Shown here: positions 37,777-47,888 of the stretch, piece by piece
Position numbering within the stretch: the stretch's first letter is position 1
Layout of the letters: each line of letters opens with the position of its first letter
Source of the DNA: an uncultured Candidatus Saccharibacteria bacterium
Lineage (GTDB): Bacteria; Patescibacteriota; UBA1384; DTJR01
Length of the DNA stretch: 53,195 nucleotides
NCBI GenBank assembly: GCA_964473025.1
Contig: CAYYMZ010000004.1
Span: 1 to 53,195, forward strand
Direction: 5' to 3'
The notes under the pieces: generated by a model
Seen by the model: the letters and a program-made list of their open reading frames with translations, nothing else
The model's database searches: none
What the model was told of the DNA's origin: nothing
Position numbers and translations under genes: made by a program

Positions 37777-38811
37777 ATGGATAGCCAAACATTAATTATT
37801 TTAATTGTCGCGGTAGGCCTTTTTGCCCTAATGGCAGGAGCAATTATTTTTTATATCAGCCGAAAAATTCAGGAGCTGAAAAATGATAGACAAAATGACC
37901 AGTCGATGCAGATGCTCAATCAAAATATGCAATCTCTACAGAGCACTTTTCAAGATAAACTCGACCGGACCAATTTGGCCATAAACGAGAGGTTGGACAA
38001 CGCCGCCAAGGTAATCGGCCTTGTAAACCGCGAATTAGGTCAGATGTCGCAGATCGGACAGAGCTTACAAAACTTTCAGGAGTTTTTGAAAAGTCCTAAA
38101 ATGCGAGGTGGTTTAGGGGAGCAGGGTTTAAAGGACATGCTGGCGCAAACCTTTCCAAGCGAGCTCTACCAGATGCAGTATAAATTTAGAAACGGGCAAA
38201 CGGTTGATGCCGCAATTAAAATTGAAGCCGGTATTGTTCCCGTAGATGCAAAATTTCCGCTCGAAAATTTCAATCGCATCCTAAACGCTAAGACAGATGA
38301 AGAGAAGGCAGACGCAAGGAGAAAATTCAGATCTGATTTCCGCGTTCATGTTAATGCCATTGCTAAAAAATATATCCTGCCGGACGAAGGGACGGTTGAT
38401 TTCGCTTTAATGTATATCCCGTCCGAAACTGTTTACTACGAGTTAATCTCAAACGAAACCGATCTTCATGATTATGCGGTAAAGGAAAAAATTATTCCAA
38501 CTTCACCGAATACGTTTTTTTATTATTTGCGTTCGATTATGCTGGGGCTTCAAGGTAAAAAGATTTCAGAAATGTCAAGGCAGATTTTATCAACGTTAAA
38601 AATTATCCAGACCGAGACAAAAAAATTTGGTGAAGGACTGGGGGTTTTAAACCGCCATGTTACCAACGCCAAGTCAACAATGGATAAGGTAGATAGTGAC
38701 TTTTCGCGTTTGTCGGGAAAAATAGAGCAGGTCAATTTATTAGAGTCCGAACAAAAAGAGCTTATCGAGGAAACAGTGGAGCCGGTTGTCGAAGATGATG
38801 GAAAAAATTAA
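37777..38811 (+). CDS. rmuC: DNA recombination protein RmuC
   Basis: N-terminal TM, coiled coil, PKMRGGLGE, VDAKFP, KKYI, TVDFALMYIPSE, SP. Confidence 0.92.
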   Translation: MDSQTLIILIVAVGLFALMAGAIIFYISRKIQELKNDRQNDQSMQMLNQNMQSLQSTFQDKLDRTNLAINERLDNAAKVIGLVNRELGQMSQIGQSLQNFQEFLKSPKMRGGLGEQGLKDMLAQTFPSELYQMQYKFRNGQTVDAAIKIEAGIVPVDAKFPLENFNRILNAKTDEEKADARRKFRSDFRVHVNAIAKKYILPDEGTVDFALMYIPSETVYYELISNETDLHDYAVKEKIIPTSPNTFFYYLRSIMLGLQGKKISEMSRQILSTLKIIQTETKKFGEGLGVLNRHVTNAKSTMDKVDSDFSRLSGKIEQVNLLESEQKELIEETVEPVVEDDGKN

Positions 38812-39532
38812 GATTTTACACGAGACACCCGACTATCTGGTTATTTCAAAACCGGTAGGGATTTCGGTGCATCCGGGAGCGGGTGAGCGTGTTGAAACGA
38901 TTTCTGATTGGCTGCAAGAGAAATATCCCGAAATCAAAAAACTGCCGTGGAAAACCACAGAGCGCATTGGCATTGTTCATCGTTTGGACAAAGATACATC
39001 GGGCATTTTGCTTTTGGCCAAGAATCCCGAGGCGCTTGATTTTTTTCAGGATCAATTTAAACAAAGAACTGTCGATAAACATTATCAAACTCTGGTAGTT
39101 GGCAAACCGCCACAGGAGAAGGGCTCAATCAACGCCCTGATTAGGCGCGACCCGAAAGACAGAGAGCGACAAAAGGTGGAGTTTATTGATTTCGGTTTAG
39201 ATTCTGCCGAGCGCAAGGATTCAGCGACAAAATATAAAACAATTCAATCCTACGATTACAAAAATCAAATGCTGACATTGCTTGATATTAAATTAAATAC
39301 CGGCAGAAAGCATCAAATCCGCGTTCACATGAAATACGAAGGTTGTCCGGTTTTAGGCGATCAAAAATATTTCACCAAACCTTCGAGACGACTATCGAAA
39401 GAGTTGGGACTCAATCGGCAATTCTTGCATGCTGTCAGCTTGAAATTCAAATCTTATCCGGACGGGAAGGATATTGAAATAAAAGATAAACTACCCGAAG
39501 ATCTTAACGAGGTATTGAATAAAGTATCATGA
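38786..39532 (+). CDS. RluA family pseudouridine synthase
   Basis: KPVG..VHP, VHRLDKDTSG, TGRKHQIRVH, GDQKY, FLHA. Confidence 0.93.
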   Translation: MSKMMEKIKILHETPDYLVISKPVGISVHPGAGERVETISDWLQEKYPEIKKLPWKTTERIGIVHRLDKDTSGILLLAKNPEALDFFQDQFKQRTVDKHYQTLVVGKPPQEKGSINALIRRDPKDRERQKVEFIDFGLDSAERKDSATKYKTIQSYDYKNQMLTLLDIKLNTGRKHQIRVHMKYEGCPVLGDQKYFTKPSRRLSKELGLNRQFLHAVSLKFKSYPDGKDIEIKDKLPEDLNEVLNKVS

Positions 39533-39576
39533 AGTATGAATCAAGCATAATTCGTAATTCATAAATCATAATTCAA

Positions 39577-40314
39577 ATGCAAAAATGGTTTGCGAAAATC
39601 AAAAAACCGATTATCGGTCTTTCGCCGATGCATCAAGTCACAGATTCCGCTTTTCGTTTAAAGTGCCGCAAAGCGGGAGCTGATGTTGTCTATTCTGAAA
39701 TGATTGCAAGCGAAGCGATCATCCGCGATGTCCCGCAAGCAAAAGAGATGGCGAGCTTTGTTGAAGACGAGAGACCGGTTGTAATTCAAATATTCGGCTC
39801 AGACCCTAAGGTAATGGCGCAAGCAGCCAAAAAACTGGAAGATGAACTATCTCCTGACGGAATCGATATTAATTTTGGCTGTCCGGTACAGAAGGCGGCC
39901 AAACAAGGTTTTGGCGCTTGCCAGTTATTTGAACCGAAGAAGGCAGCCGAAATAGTTAAAGCGGTTAAAAAATCCCTAAAAAAAACACCCTTGAGTGCCA
40001 AATTGAGATTGGCAACCAAAGATGTCAATGACACAATCAAATTTATAAGAGCAATTAAAAAAGCGGGGGTTGATCTCATTTCGATTCATGCCCGTACCGC
40101 CACCCAAAAATACCGTGGCGAAGCGGACTGGAAAAAACTTTACGAAATCAAAGAAAAATTCCCTGATTTGTATATACTCGGCAACGGTGATATTAAATTT
40201 CCTGAAGATATTAAAAGCAAAATAGGCAATTTAGACGGAGTTCTCATCGGTCGCGCGGCCAAATTAAATCCAATAGTTTTTAAAGATCTTATTAAAATCA
40301 AATTTGACAGATAA
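39577..40314 (+). CDS. tRNA-dihydrouridine synthase (short form)
   Basis: LSPM..VTD..FR, YSEM, QIFG, DINFGCP, IHART, GNGDI, IGRAA. Confidence 0.92.
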   Translation: MQKWFAKIKKPIIGLSPMHQVTDSAFRLKCRKAGADVVYSEMIASEAIIRDVPQAKEMASFVEDERPVVIQIFGSDPKVMAQAAKKLEDELSPDGIDINFGCPVQKAAKQGFGACQLFEPKKAAEIVKAVKKSLKKTPLSAKLRLATKDVNDTIKFIRAIKKAGVDLISIHARTATQKYRGEADWKKLYEIKEKFPDLYILGNGDIKFPEDIKSKIGNLDGVLIGRAAKLNPIVFKDLIKIKFDR

Positions 40315-40534
40315 AAAATTATCGGTAAAATAAAAATATGCTTAATTATTGTTCCGCCCAAGATATGATGATGGTCAAAATGATATTTTATCTGGCGGAT
40401 TGATGATGTAGAAAAAAACCAAAACCAAAACTAAAATCAACAACTCCGCCGGATGGCGGAGATATTTGTTTGTAGCCCGGTCTAAGTTTACACAAGTTTG
40501 GACCAGAACTGTAAATAAACAAGGAGGGATTAAG

Positions 40535-40735
40535 ATGAAGTGTGGCCCCATGCCGCAAGTGAAGGATGTAGGGGAAATCTCCGAAGTTCTAGTGGCAGGC
40601 GGGACCGCTGTGGTTGTCTGGATACACACCTATCTTGGACGCCAGTTCGACTGGTTCTGTGCCAACGACTGGCGAAATCAACTTGAGAGGAGAGCAAATG
40701 AGCTGACCATCCTCCACGGTTACCGGGCAATCTAG
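40535..40735 (+). CDS. Hypothetical protein (66 aa, MKCGPMPQV...)
   Basis: AAGGAGG SD before ATG 40535; own terminator; start revised from the track's 40466. Confidence 0.55.
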   Translation: MKCGPMPQVKDVGEISEVLVAGGTAVVVWIHTYLGRQFDWFCANDWRNQLERRANELTILHGYRAI

Positions 40736-40757
40736 AGAGATAGCCCGAGGTTTGACC

Positions 40758-40788
40758 AGGCCGGTTCCCTACGGGGAGTCGGCCTTTT
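40758..40788 (+). terminator. Intrinsic terminator
   Basis: AGGCCGGTTCCC-TACG-GGGAGTCGGCCT-TTT. Confidence 0.8.
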
Positions 40789-40842
40789 AACCTCCTTGTC
40801 TTAAACGAAAAAGAAGCAACTGTCAGATGAAGCGCTTGAAAT

Positions 40843-41460
40843 CTATTGCTTTTTGTAAGCGAGGAATGTGTTCGGAGAATCAAATCTCTGGGCTTCGGAT
40901 CCGCCGGTATTTTCACCATATGATAGGTTGTCTCCCCTAAAACCGTGCCCGAGATACAGCGTGCCGCCCGAAACCTGGTAAATATCATAAATTACCTGAC
41001 CGGCAGGACCTAGCGCATCAGCCATCGTTCCTTCGCCGCTAACATATGTCAGATTAATTTTGCCTGCAGACGGAATAGTGTATTTGTAATTATCGTCATT
41101 GTCCTGTGCGATCGCGGCACAGGAATCACCGCTTGATCTTTTATGATTAGCGGTTCCGTCGCTTTTGAACGTGAAGGTGTGCTGTTCGGCCCAGGGACTA
41201 TTGGGATCGGGAATCAAACAATCGGTTTTCCACGTACCCACAATTGCCGAATCGGAAGTTTCTTTGCCCGTGGCTTTATCTGAAACAGCAGTAGCTGATG
41301 CTAAATTTCCTGATTCTTTTTCTGTGGTCCTCAAAACCCATGCTAAACCAAAATACCCCCCAACAACCAAGATGATTAGTGCAACTGCTACAATAATTCC
41401 GATTACGAGACAGCTGGTATTTTTTTTCGGTGCTTCGGGTGGTTGATTTGATTCTTCCAT
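40843..41460 (-). CDS. Membrane-anchored protein with lipocalin-like beta domain
   Basis: KK + TM helix, AIVGTW, FTFKSDGT; GGGG SD. Confidence 0.65.
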   Translation of the reverse strand: MEESNQPPEAPKKNTSCLVIGIIVAVALIILVVGGYFGLAWVLRTTEKESGNLASATAVSDKATGKETSDSAIVGTWKTDCLIPDPNSPWAEQHTFTFKSDGTANHKRSSGDSCAAIAQDNDDNYKYTIPSAGKINLTYVSGEGTMADALGPAGQVIYDIYQVSGGTLYLGHGFRGDNLSYGENTGGSEAQRFDSPNTFLAYKKQ

Positions 41461-41589
41461 TTTTCCCCCTTTTTATATTTGTAATATAATTATATACCAT
41501 ACGCATATATTAAACAGATGTACTCGCTATAGATTGACTTTTGTTTTAAAGAAGGATAATATTTCACTATTAAAATATTAAAAAAATAT

Positions 41590-43338
41590 ATGAAAAAATT
41601 TTTTGTTATATCAATATTGTTTGCTTTTTTGTCATGTTTGATACTTACTCCTTTTGCGACAAAAGCGGCTGACCCTCAATACGTTAATTATAGTTTTAAA
41701 AATTCGGACAATCTTAGCTATAACCAAACCAGTGTGACTTTTAGAAACGAGAAAGCACAATTGATCCCAAACGGCATACAGCTAGAATGGGCAAAAACAT
41801 GGACGGATCTCGGACTAAACAACGCATGGCGCATTGCAACTGATTTTTCAGGTAACCTCTACACTAAAAGCCATGTCGGGGCAGATCCCCAGAGATTGTA
41901 TGTGGCAAAATTAAACTCTTCTATGCAGAAGGTCTGGGAATATACTGATGATCCGGGCAGCCAGTACGATTACTATGAATACGGCCGGGTTTATGTTGAT
42001 TCAAATAATAATGTTATCACCGGCGGGGTCCTCAAGGACATCAACAGCGGGCAGTGGTATTGGTATGTTATAAAACTCGACAATTCTGGCAACAAGATTG
42101 CCAGCGATATTAGAATATTACCCCAAATTGTCACCGTACCCGGTTATCAAACCGTCCAGTATGGAAGCGTCCCGTATTGGATTCAATACGGCGCTAATGC
42201 TTTTGGCGAAGATGCATCCGGCAATATTTACGCCATGGGAATTTCCGGAAATGAGGTCAACTCTTTACCATATAACCAGCACCTGCGGGTAATAAAATAC
42301 GACGATAATTTAAATATTATTTGGGACAAGTCGGGTGAACAGGAATTAACCCTGCCTATCGAAATAGGTGATACTAACAATCCCCAAAGACAAATTTCAG
42401 GTGGCGGAGCATGGGACGGTAAGGTTGATATGCAAGGCAATATTTACACTACCGGTCCCGGTGTCCTGCTTCCTTGGGCAGGAAGGGGTGAGGATTATGT
42501 CACGACCAAAATCGATGACGACGGTAACTTGCAGTGGGCAAGAGCTTGGTCAAATATCGGCAATCAAATGGATCGGTCAGAAAGTATAACTTTGGATAAA
42601 GTTGGAAATGTTTATGTTGGCGGATTCGCAGACGGCGGCAGTTTGCCAATAACCGTGATGTATAATAATAACGGGGAGCAGATATGGGTAAAAAATGCGT
42701 TCAATACAAACTCAGATCTGGCAAGTACTAGCAAAGGTTCAATTTTGGGAGTTGTTACGGATTATATGGGTAATTATTTCGGCTATGGATATAATAACGA
42801 CAATAGCAGCTTGATTGTTTCTTATGACAGCCATGGAAACCGCACTTATTTTGCCGGCGGCATCACATACCCTTCTGGCAGAAATTCTGGTTGGAATATC
42901 GCGGCAGCCAACGGCTATCTCTATATCACAACCGGTGCCGATGACAGTTTTAATTCCACCGACAGCATTATCAGATATAAATACACTTTTCCTCAATACA
43001 AAAAATTCAGTTTTACGGTTTCCGACCCGAATACTGCAGTCAGCTATCGCAATCTATATTCTTTTTCCGAGCAGGCGAACGGTCCTGGGCAGATTAAATA
43101 TCAACTATCTTTCGACGGTAAAAAGTGGTATTGGTGGAATGGCAAAAAATGGGCGCTTAGCACCACTAAGAAATTTAACGAAGCCAATACTGCCGCTAAG
43201 ATAAATAACCATATCAGTACTTTTCCGAGGCAAGTTAGCATCGGAAAGCTTTATGTACGCGTATTCCTTGATTATAGAAATTATTCGGACTTATCGGGTC
43301 TGACAATCGGCTACGATAACGTGCCAAGAAGCAGATAA
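41590..43338 (+). CDS. Secreted beta-propeller (SBBP-like repeat) protein, paralogue 1
   Basis: Signal peptide, repeated D..GN(I/V)Y..G blades, W-rich C-terminal domain. Confidence 0.75.
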   Translation: MKKFFVISILFAFLSCLILTPFATKAADPQYVNYSFKNSDNLSYNQTSVTFRNEKAQLIPNGIQLEWAKTWTDLGLNNAWRIATDFSGNLYTKSHVGADPQRLYVAKLNSSMQKVWEYTDDPGSQYDYYEYGRVYVDSNNNVITGGVLKDINSGQWYWYVIKLDNSGNKIASDIRILPQIVTVPGYQTVQYGSVPYWIQYGANAFGEDASGNIYAMGISGNEVNSLPYNQHLRVIKYDDNLNIIWDKSGEQELTLPIEIGDTNNPQRQISGGGAWDGKVDMQGNIYTTGPGVLLPWAGRGEDYVTTKIDDDGNLQWARAWSNIGNQMDRSESITLDKVGNVYVGGFADGGSLPITVMYNNNGEQIWVKNAFNTNSDLASTSKGSILGVVTDYMGNYFGYGYNNDNSSLIVSYDSHGNRTYFAGGITYPSGRNSGWNIAAANGYLYITTGADDSFNSTDSIIRYKYTFPQYKKFSFTVSDPNTAVSYRNLYSFSEQANGPGQIKYQLSFDGKKWYWWNGKKWALSTTKKFNEANTAAKINNHISTFPRQVSIGKLYVRVFLDYRNYSDLSGLTIGYDNVPRSR

Positions 43339-43422
43339 GGTCTGTTCCCGATAATCTTCTCTCGGGGCAGAGGTTTCTGGTATAATAGGGTTACTCGTAT
43401 AGTTAAGTGCGGGTCAGATAAG

Positions 43423-45276
43423 ATGAAAATATTTAAAGGCGCTACGTTGTTTTTTGTGGTACTAATTGTTTTTCCTTGTACCATAACTCAAACCTTAGCA
43501 TCTACGTCCACGGATTTTGTATTTGATCTTTCAAACGGAAGCGCATTTATCTACGACGCGAGTAATGTAACCTTTAGAAACCAAAGCGCTGAACTGATCC
43601 CGGATGGTGTAGAATATGACATGGGCAAATTATGGGACGATATCGGCATTGGCGCGTCGTGGCGTGTCACAACCGACCCCAACGGGTTTGTTTATGTTAA
43701 AGGAGGGTTGGGGACAACGCCAAAACGGCTTAATGTCACAAAGCTAGATTCTTCCTTAAGCCAAGTTTGGGCCTATATAGACGACCCGGGAGATAATTAT
43801 GTTTATCATGATTACGGCCGGATTTATTTTGATCCCGTTACAACCAACATTTATACCGGCGGGGGCATTAAGGATATGGATACGGGGCAGTGGTATTGGT
43901 ATGTCTTGGCGCTTGATAGCGACGGCAATAAACTTTGGGATGATATGGAAATCATGCCACTGATAGTAGGCGGAAAAGATTATAATTTCGACACACCGAG
44001 TTATATAGAATATGGTGCAAACGCTTTTGGCACCGATTCACAAGGGAATTTGTATGCATCCGGAATTTCCGGCAATATCGTAAGCTCTCTTTCGTACAAT
44101 TCGCATTTGCGTGCTATAAAGTACGACAGTGAGGGGAATAAAATCTGGGACAATTCGGCCGAACAGGAATGGACTTTTGGCACAGAACCGGACGATACTA
44201 ATGTCCCCAAAAGACAAATCTCGAGTGGAGGCGCTTGGGACGCTAAGGTTGACAGTGATGGCAATGTCTATACTACCGGACCCGGAGTTTTGCTGCCCTG
44301 GCCAGCGCGAGGCGAGGATTATGTCACGACAAAAATCGGCTCTGATGGAAGCCTGCTTTGGGCAAGAGCTTGGTCTGGCGCGGGTCAGAGGATGGATCGA
44401 TCCGAAACGGTCAGTGTCGATGATTTAGGTAATGTATATGTCGGTGGATTTGCGAGTATTACCACCGGAAAACCAATTACTCTTATGTATGATAAAGATG
44501 GCAATACTGGTTGGGCCCGAAATGCCTATAACACCGACAGCACCTTAGAAAGTGCTGCAAACGGTTATGTTCTCGGAAGCGACCTTTGCTATACCGGCGA
44601 TATTTTTATCGGTTTTGGATATTCTGCGGCAGGGGGATTATTTGTATGGTATGACAATGAGGGAAATCGCAAATTTGTATTGCAGGATTTTTGGTATCCT
44701 TCGACAACGACAGCGGGTGGTTGGAATATATCAGGACGGGAAGGTTACCTTTACCTGACTTCAGCCGAAGACGGTGGCAATCCAGCAACTGAAGGTATTT
44801 TTCGCTACAAATATACCTTTCCCCAACAATCTCAAGCCAGTTTAACATTATCTGATCATACCCAAGCCTTTGCGTTTAAACACTTAACTTCGTTTTCAGA
44901 ACAATCTTCTGGTGGCGGGACGGCTAAATATCAGATCTCAAACAACGGAACGGATTGGTATTATTTTGATGGAAACCAATGGTCGGGTGCGACGGACGAT
45001 TCAGCTTATTCAAATACTGCCTCAGTGGTTAATGATAATATCGCCGATTTTCCAAATCAAATTGGCATTGGTAATTTTTATTTTCGGGTTTATATGGATT
45101 CAAGCAACTTCGTTTCGTTGGGTGGCATTACTGTTGGTTACGATAATAATTCAGATTCCACCACATCAGACCAACCCCAAATTAGCATTTTGCCCGAGAC
45201 AGGTAAAAATGGGAGTATGACATTATTGCAGATCATTATTAACTTTATTATAAAACCAGTGAGAGAGCTTTTTTAA
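43423..45276 (+). CDS. Secreted beta-propeller protein, paralogue 2, with LPETG motif
   Basis: Collinear with paralogue 1 (GQWYWYV, YGANAFG, YTTGPGVLLPW..RGEDYVTTKI, RYKYTFPQ); C-terminal LPETG. Confidence 0.75.
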   Translation: MKIFKGATLFFVVLIVFPCTITQTLASTSTDFVFDLSNGSAFIYDASNVTFRNQSAELIPDGVEYDMGKLWDDIGIGASWRVTTDPNGFVYVKGGLGTTPKRLNVTKLDSSLSQVWAYIDDPGDNYVYHDYGRIYFDPVTTNIYTGGGIKDMDTGQWYWYVLALDSDGNKLWDDMEIMPLIVGGKDYNFDTPSYIEYGANAFGTDSQGNLYASGISGNIVSSLSYNSHLRAIKYDSEGNKIWDNSAEQEWTFGTEPDDTNVPKRQISSGGAWDAKVDSDGNVYTTGPGVLLPWPARGEDYVTTKIGSDGSLLWARAWSGAGQRMDRSETVSVDDLGNVYVGGFASITTGKPITLMYDKDGNTGWARNAYNTDSTLESAANGYVLGSDLCYTGDIFIGFGYSAAGGLFVWYDNEGNRKFVLQDFWYPSTTTAGGWNISGREGYLYLTSAEDGGNPATEGIFRYKYTFPQQSQASLTLSDHTQAFAFKHLTSFSEQSSGGGTAKYQISNNGTDWYYFDGNQWSGATDDSAYSNTASVVNDNIADFPNQIGIGNFYFRVYMDSSNFVSLGGITVGYDNNSDSTTSDQPQISILPETGKNGSMTLLQIIINFIIKPVRELF

Positions 45277-45296
45277 CAAATTAAAGAATTGTTAGA

Positions 45297-45866
45297 TTGG
45301 GGTTTATGAATAAAAAAGATCTAAAATTGATTTTCAATCTGAGTATTTGGGGTGCGGTTTTCGCGGTCTTGTTTGGAACGGTTCTGCACTTTTTCTATGG
45401 GTGGAGCGGAAATAACTTCATCGTCGGACTTGTTGCACCAGTAAACGAGAGCCCTTGGGAACATATGAAATTAGTTTTTACCCCGCTGATCTTATTCGCA
45501 TTTGTTGACTATGCGTTTCTTAAATCAAAAGTTAAAGATTATTGTTTTGCGCTGATGAAAGAGATTGGGATTGCAATCTTTTTTATTTTGGCTGTGTTTT
45601 ATATTTACACCACTATTGTTGGACATAGTATACTGGCAATCGATATCTCTTCATTTGTAATCGGTATTATTTTGGCAAAATTGTTCGGTTATAGAATATT
45701 GACGGGAAAATACAAGAATTATGAATTTAATGGATTGAATACGATTGCGTCAATAATATTAGTGACACTCGCAATATTTTTTATTTCGGCAACAATTAAT
45801 CCGCCGCGGGTTGGTTTATTCAAAGATCCGGTTACCGACACTTACGGAATATATCAAAACAATTAA
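45297..45866 (+). CDS. DUF6512-like membrane protein
   Basis: GTVLHFFY, PVNESPWEHMKL, FYIYT, LFKDP. Confidence 0.8.
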   Translation: MGFMNKKDLKLIFNLSIWGAVFAVLFGTVLHFFYGWSGNNFIVGLVAPVNESPWEHMKLVFTPLILFAFVDYAFLKSKVKDYCFALMKEIGIAIFFILAVFYIYTTIVGHSILAIDISSFVIGIILAKLFGYRILTGKYKNYEFNGLNTIASIILVTLAIFFISATINPPRVGLFKDPVTDTYGIYQNN

Positions 45867-47246
45867 ATGGACAACGAGATATCCGAAAATTCGAATCAGT
45901 TGGGTAAACCGCCATCGTTTTTGAAAGCGGTAGGACCAAGTATTATCTTGCTAGGGCTCGGTCTTGGCTCGGGGGAGTTAATTTTGTGGCCTTACCTTGT
46001 CTCTAACTACGGTCTTGGCATTATCTGGGCGGCTGTAGTCGGCATTACCTTTCAATTTTTCATCAATATGGAGATTGAGAGATATTCTCTGTTATACGGC
46101 GAAAGTGTATTTGCTGGATTTTCAAAGCTATCCAGAAAGCTGCCGTATTGGTTTATCTTTTCAACATTCATTGCCTGGATGTGGCCGGGGATTATCGCCA
46201 CCAGCGCCAAAGTTTTTGCCACTGTGTTTCACATCGCAAATTTCGAACTAGTGGCAATTATATTTTTGATCGTAATTGGAGCCATCTTGACCTTGGGTCC
46301 GCGCCTTTATAAAACAGTTGAGACCTTTCAAAAATATCTAATTTTAATTGGCGTGCCGATCATTGCCATAATCACTTTCTTGCTGGCCGAACCAGCTGAT
46401 TTTTCCGCTTTGGCCCGCGGTTTGGTAGGAGTAGGCAACGGATATCTTTTCTTGCCGATTGGCATTCCGCTATTTACATTTTTAGGAGCGATTGCTTACT
46501 CGGGTGCTGGCGGCAATTTAAACTTAGCGCAGTCGTCTTACATTAAAGAAAAGGGTTACGGTATGTGCAAAGGGGCAAAAGGCATTACCAGTGTCCTAAC
46601 CGGCACTGCCAACAAAGTTCAAGTTTACGGCACGGCGGCAGATTTCGACAGTGAAGAGAACTATAGCAATTTCAAAAAATGGTGGCGGCTGACAAACATA
46701 GAACATCTGACTGTTTTTTTGATAACGGGTGCTGTGACTATTCTTCTTTTGGCATTGCTGGCATATTCAACGACACTGGGCATTGCAGGAGGACAGGGGG
46801 TTGATTTTTTGATCGATGAATTTAGACAGATCTCAATGCTCGTAGCGCCTGCGGTTGGAATATTATTTTTGATTCTTGTTACCGCAATGCTTTTTGGAAC
46901 GCAATTAACTGTCTTAGATTCCACCAGCCGCATAATTTCCGAAAACGTAGTTATTTTGCGTGAAAAATTCAATCTTTCAAAAATCTACTATTTTATTTTA
47001 TGGCTTCAGATTGCAGCGGGAATAATTATATTTTTAGCCGGCTACACCGATCCGATCAGTTTGGTTGTTACCGGCGCCGTGTTAAATGCCCTTGCAATGT
47101 TTTTCCATATTGCGGTAACATATTTTTTAAACAAAAAATTTCTACCCGCCAGATATCAAATGGATTCATGGAGAAAAGCAATCATTTTGATTGCATGGCT
47201 CTTCTTCGGGGCCCTCTCCGTCATGGCAATTATTAGAATATTTTAA
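45867..47246 (+). CDS. NRAMP-like (APC fold) transporter
   Basis: GPSIILLGLGLGSGELILWP, EIERY...GES, YSGAGG, 10-11 TM helices. Confidence 0.75.
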   Translation: MDNEISENSNQLGKPPSFLKAVGPSIILLGLGLGSGELILWPYLVSNYGLGIIWAAVVGITFQFFINMEIERYSLLYGESVFAGFSKLSRKLPYWFIFSTFIAWMWPGIIATSAKVFATVFHIANFELVAIIFLIVIGAILTLGPRLYKTVETFQKYLILIGVPIIAIITFLLAEPADFSALARGLVGVGNGYLFLPIGIPLFTFLGAIAYSGAGGNLNLAQSSYIKEKGYGMCKGAKGITSVLTGTANKVQVYGTAADFDSEENYSNFKKWWRLTNIEHLTVFLITGAVTILLLALLAYSTTLGIAGGQGVDFLIDEFRQISMLVAPAVGILFLILVTAMLFGTQLTVLDSTSRIISENVVILREKFNLSKIYYFILWLQIAAGIIIFLAGYTDPISLVVTGAVLNALAMFFHIAVTYFLNKKFLPARYQMDSWRKAIILIAWLFFGALSVMAIIRIF

Positions 47247-47247
47247 A

Positions 47248-47832
47248 ATGAATAAAATAAACCCTGTTAAATATCTTTACGAGAAATATCGAGCATGGCC
47301 TTACAGCAACACGGGGATATTAGCTTTAAGTTTAATTTTACTCTATATCTTCGCGAGGTATCCATTCGTTCAAAGTTTTATTTCTTCAATCGGATCACTT
47401 GGCTATTTTGGAGCTTTTATAACGGGAATATTTTTTGTTTCTACATTTACCGTTGCACCAGCGGCCGTAATTTTATTTGATATCGCTAAAATACTGGATC
47501 CCGTCGCTGTAGCTATTTTAGCCGGTGTAGGCGCAGTCGTTGGTGATTATTTAATTTTCAGGTTTTTAAAAGACAATGTTTTTACCGAATTAAAACCCGT
47601 TTTCGAGAAAATGGGTGGTTCTCTTTTGAAAAAACTTTTCCTAACCCCATATTTCGCGTGGCTAATTCCAATCTTAGGAGCGGTTATAATTGCTTCACCG
47701 CTTCCAGATGAGGCTGGTGTTTCGCTAATGGGCCTTTCTAAGGTCAAAGGGTGGCAGTTCATGCTTGTATGCTTTGGTCTTAACGCTGTAGGTATCTTTA
47801 TCCTCGTATCAATCGCCAGCGTTTATCGTTAG
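47248..47832 (+). CDS. Conserved membrane protein (DedA/VTT-like)
   Basis: GAFITG, FTVAPA, GAVVGDYLIF, IASPLPDE; ATG 2 nt after the upstream stop. Confidence 0.65.
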   Translation: MNKINPVKYLYEKYRAWPYSNTGILALSLILLYIFARYPFVQSFISSIGSLGYFGAFITGIFFVSTFTVAPAAVILFDIAKILDPVAVAILAGVGAVVGDYLIFRFLKDNVFTELKPVFEKMGGSLLKKLFLTPYFAWLIPILGAVIIASPLPDEAGVSLMGLSKVKGWQFMLVCFGLNAVGIFILVSIASVYR

Positions 47833-47888
47833 GTCGCCGGTTTAGAATATAGTATAATAAATAAGACAAATTATTTAACGGAGGAAAA

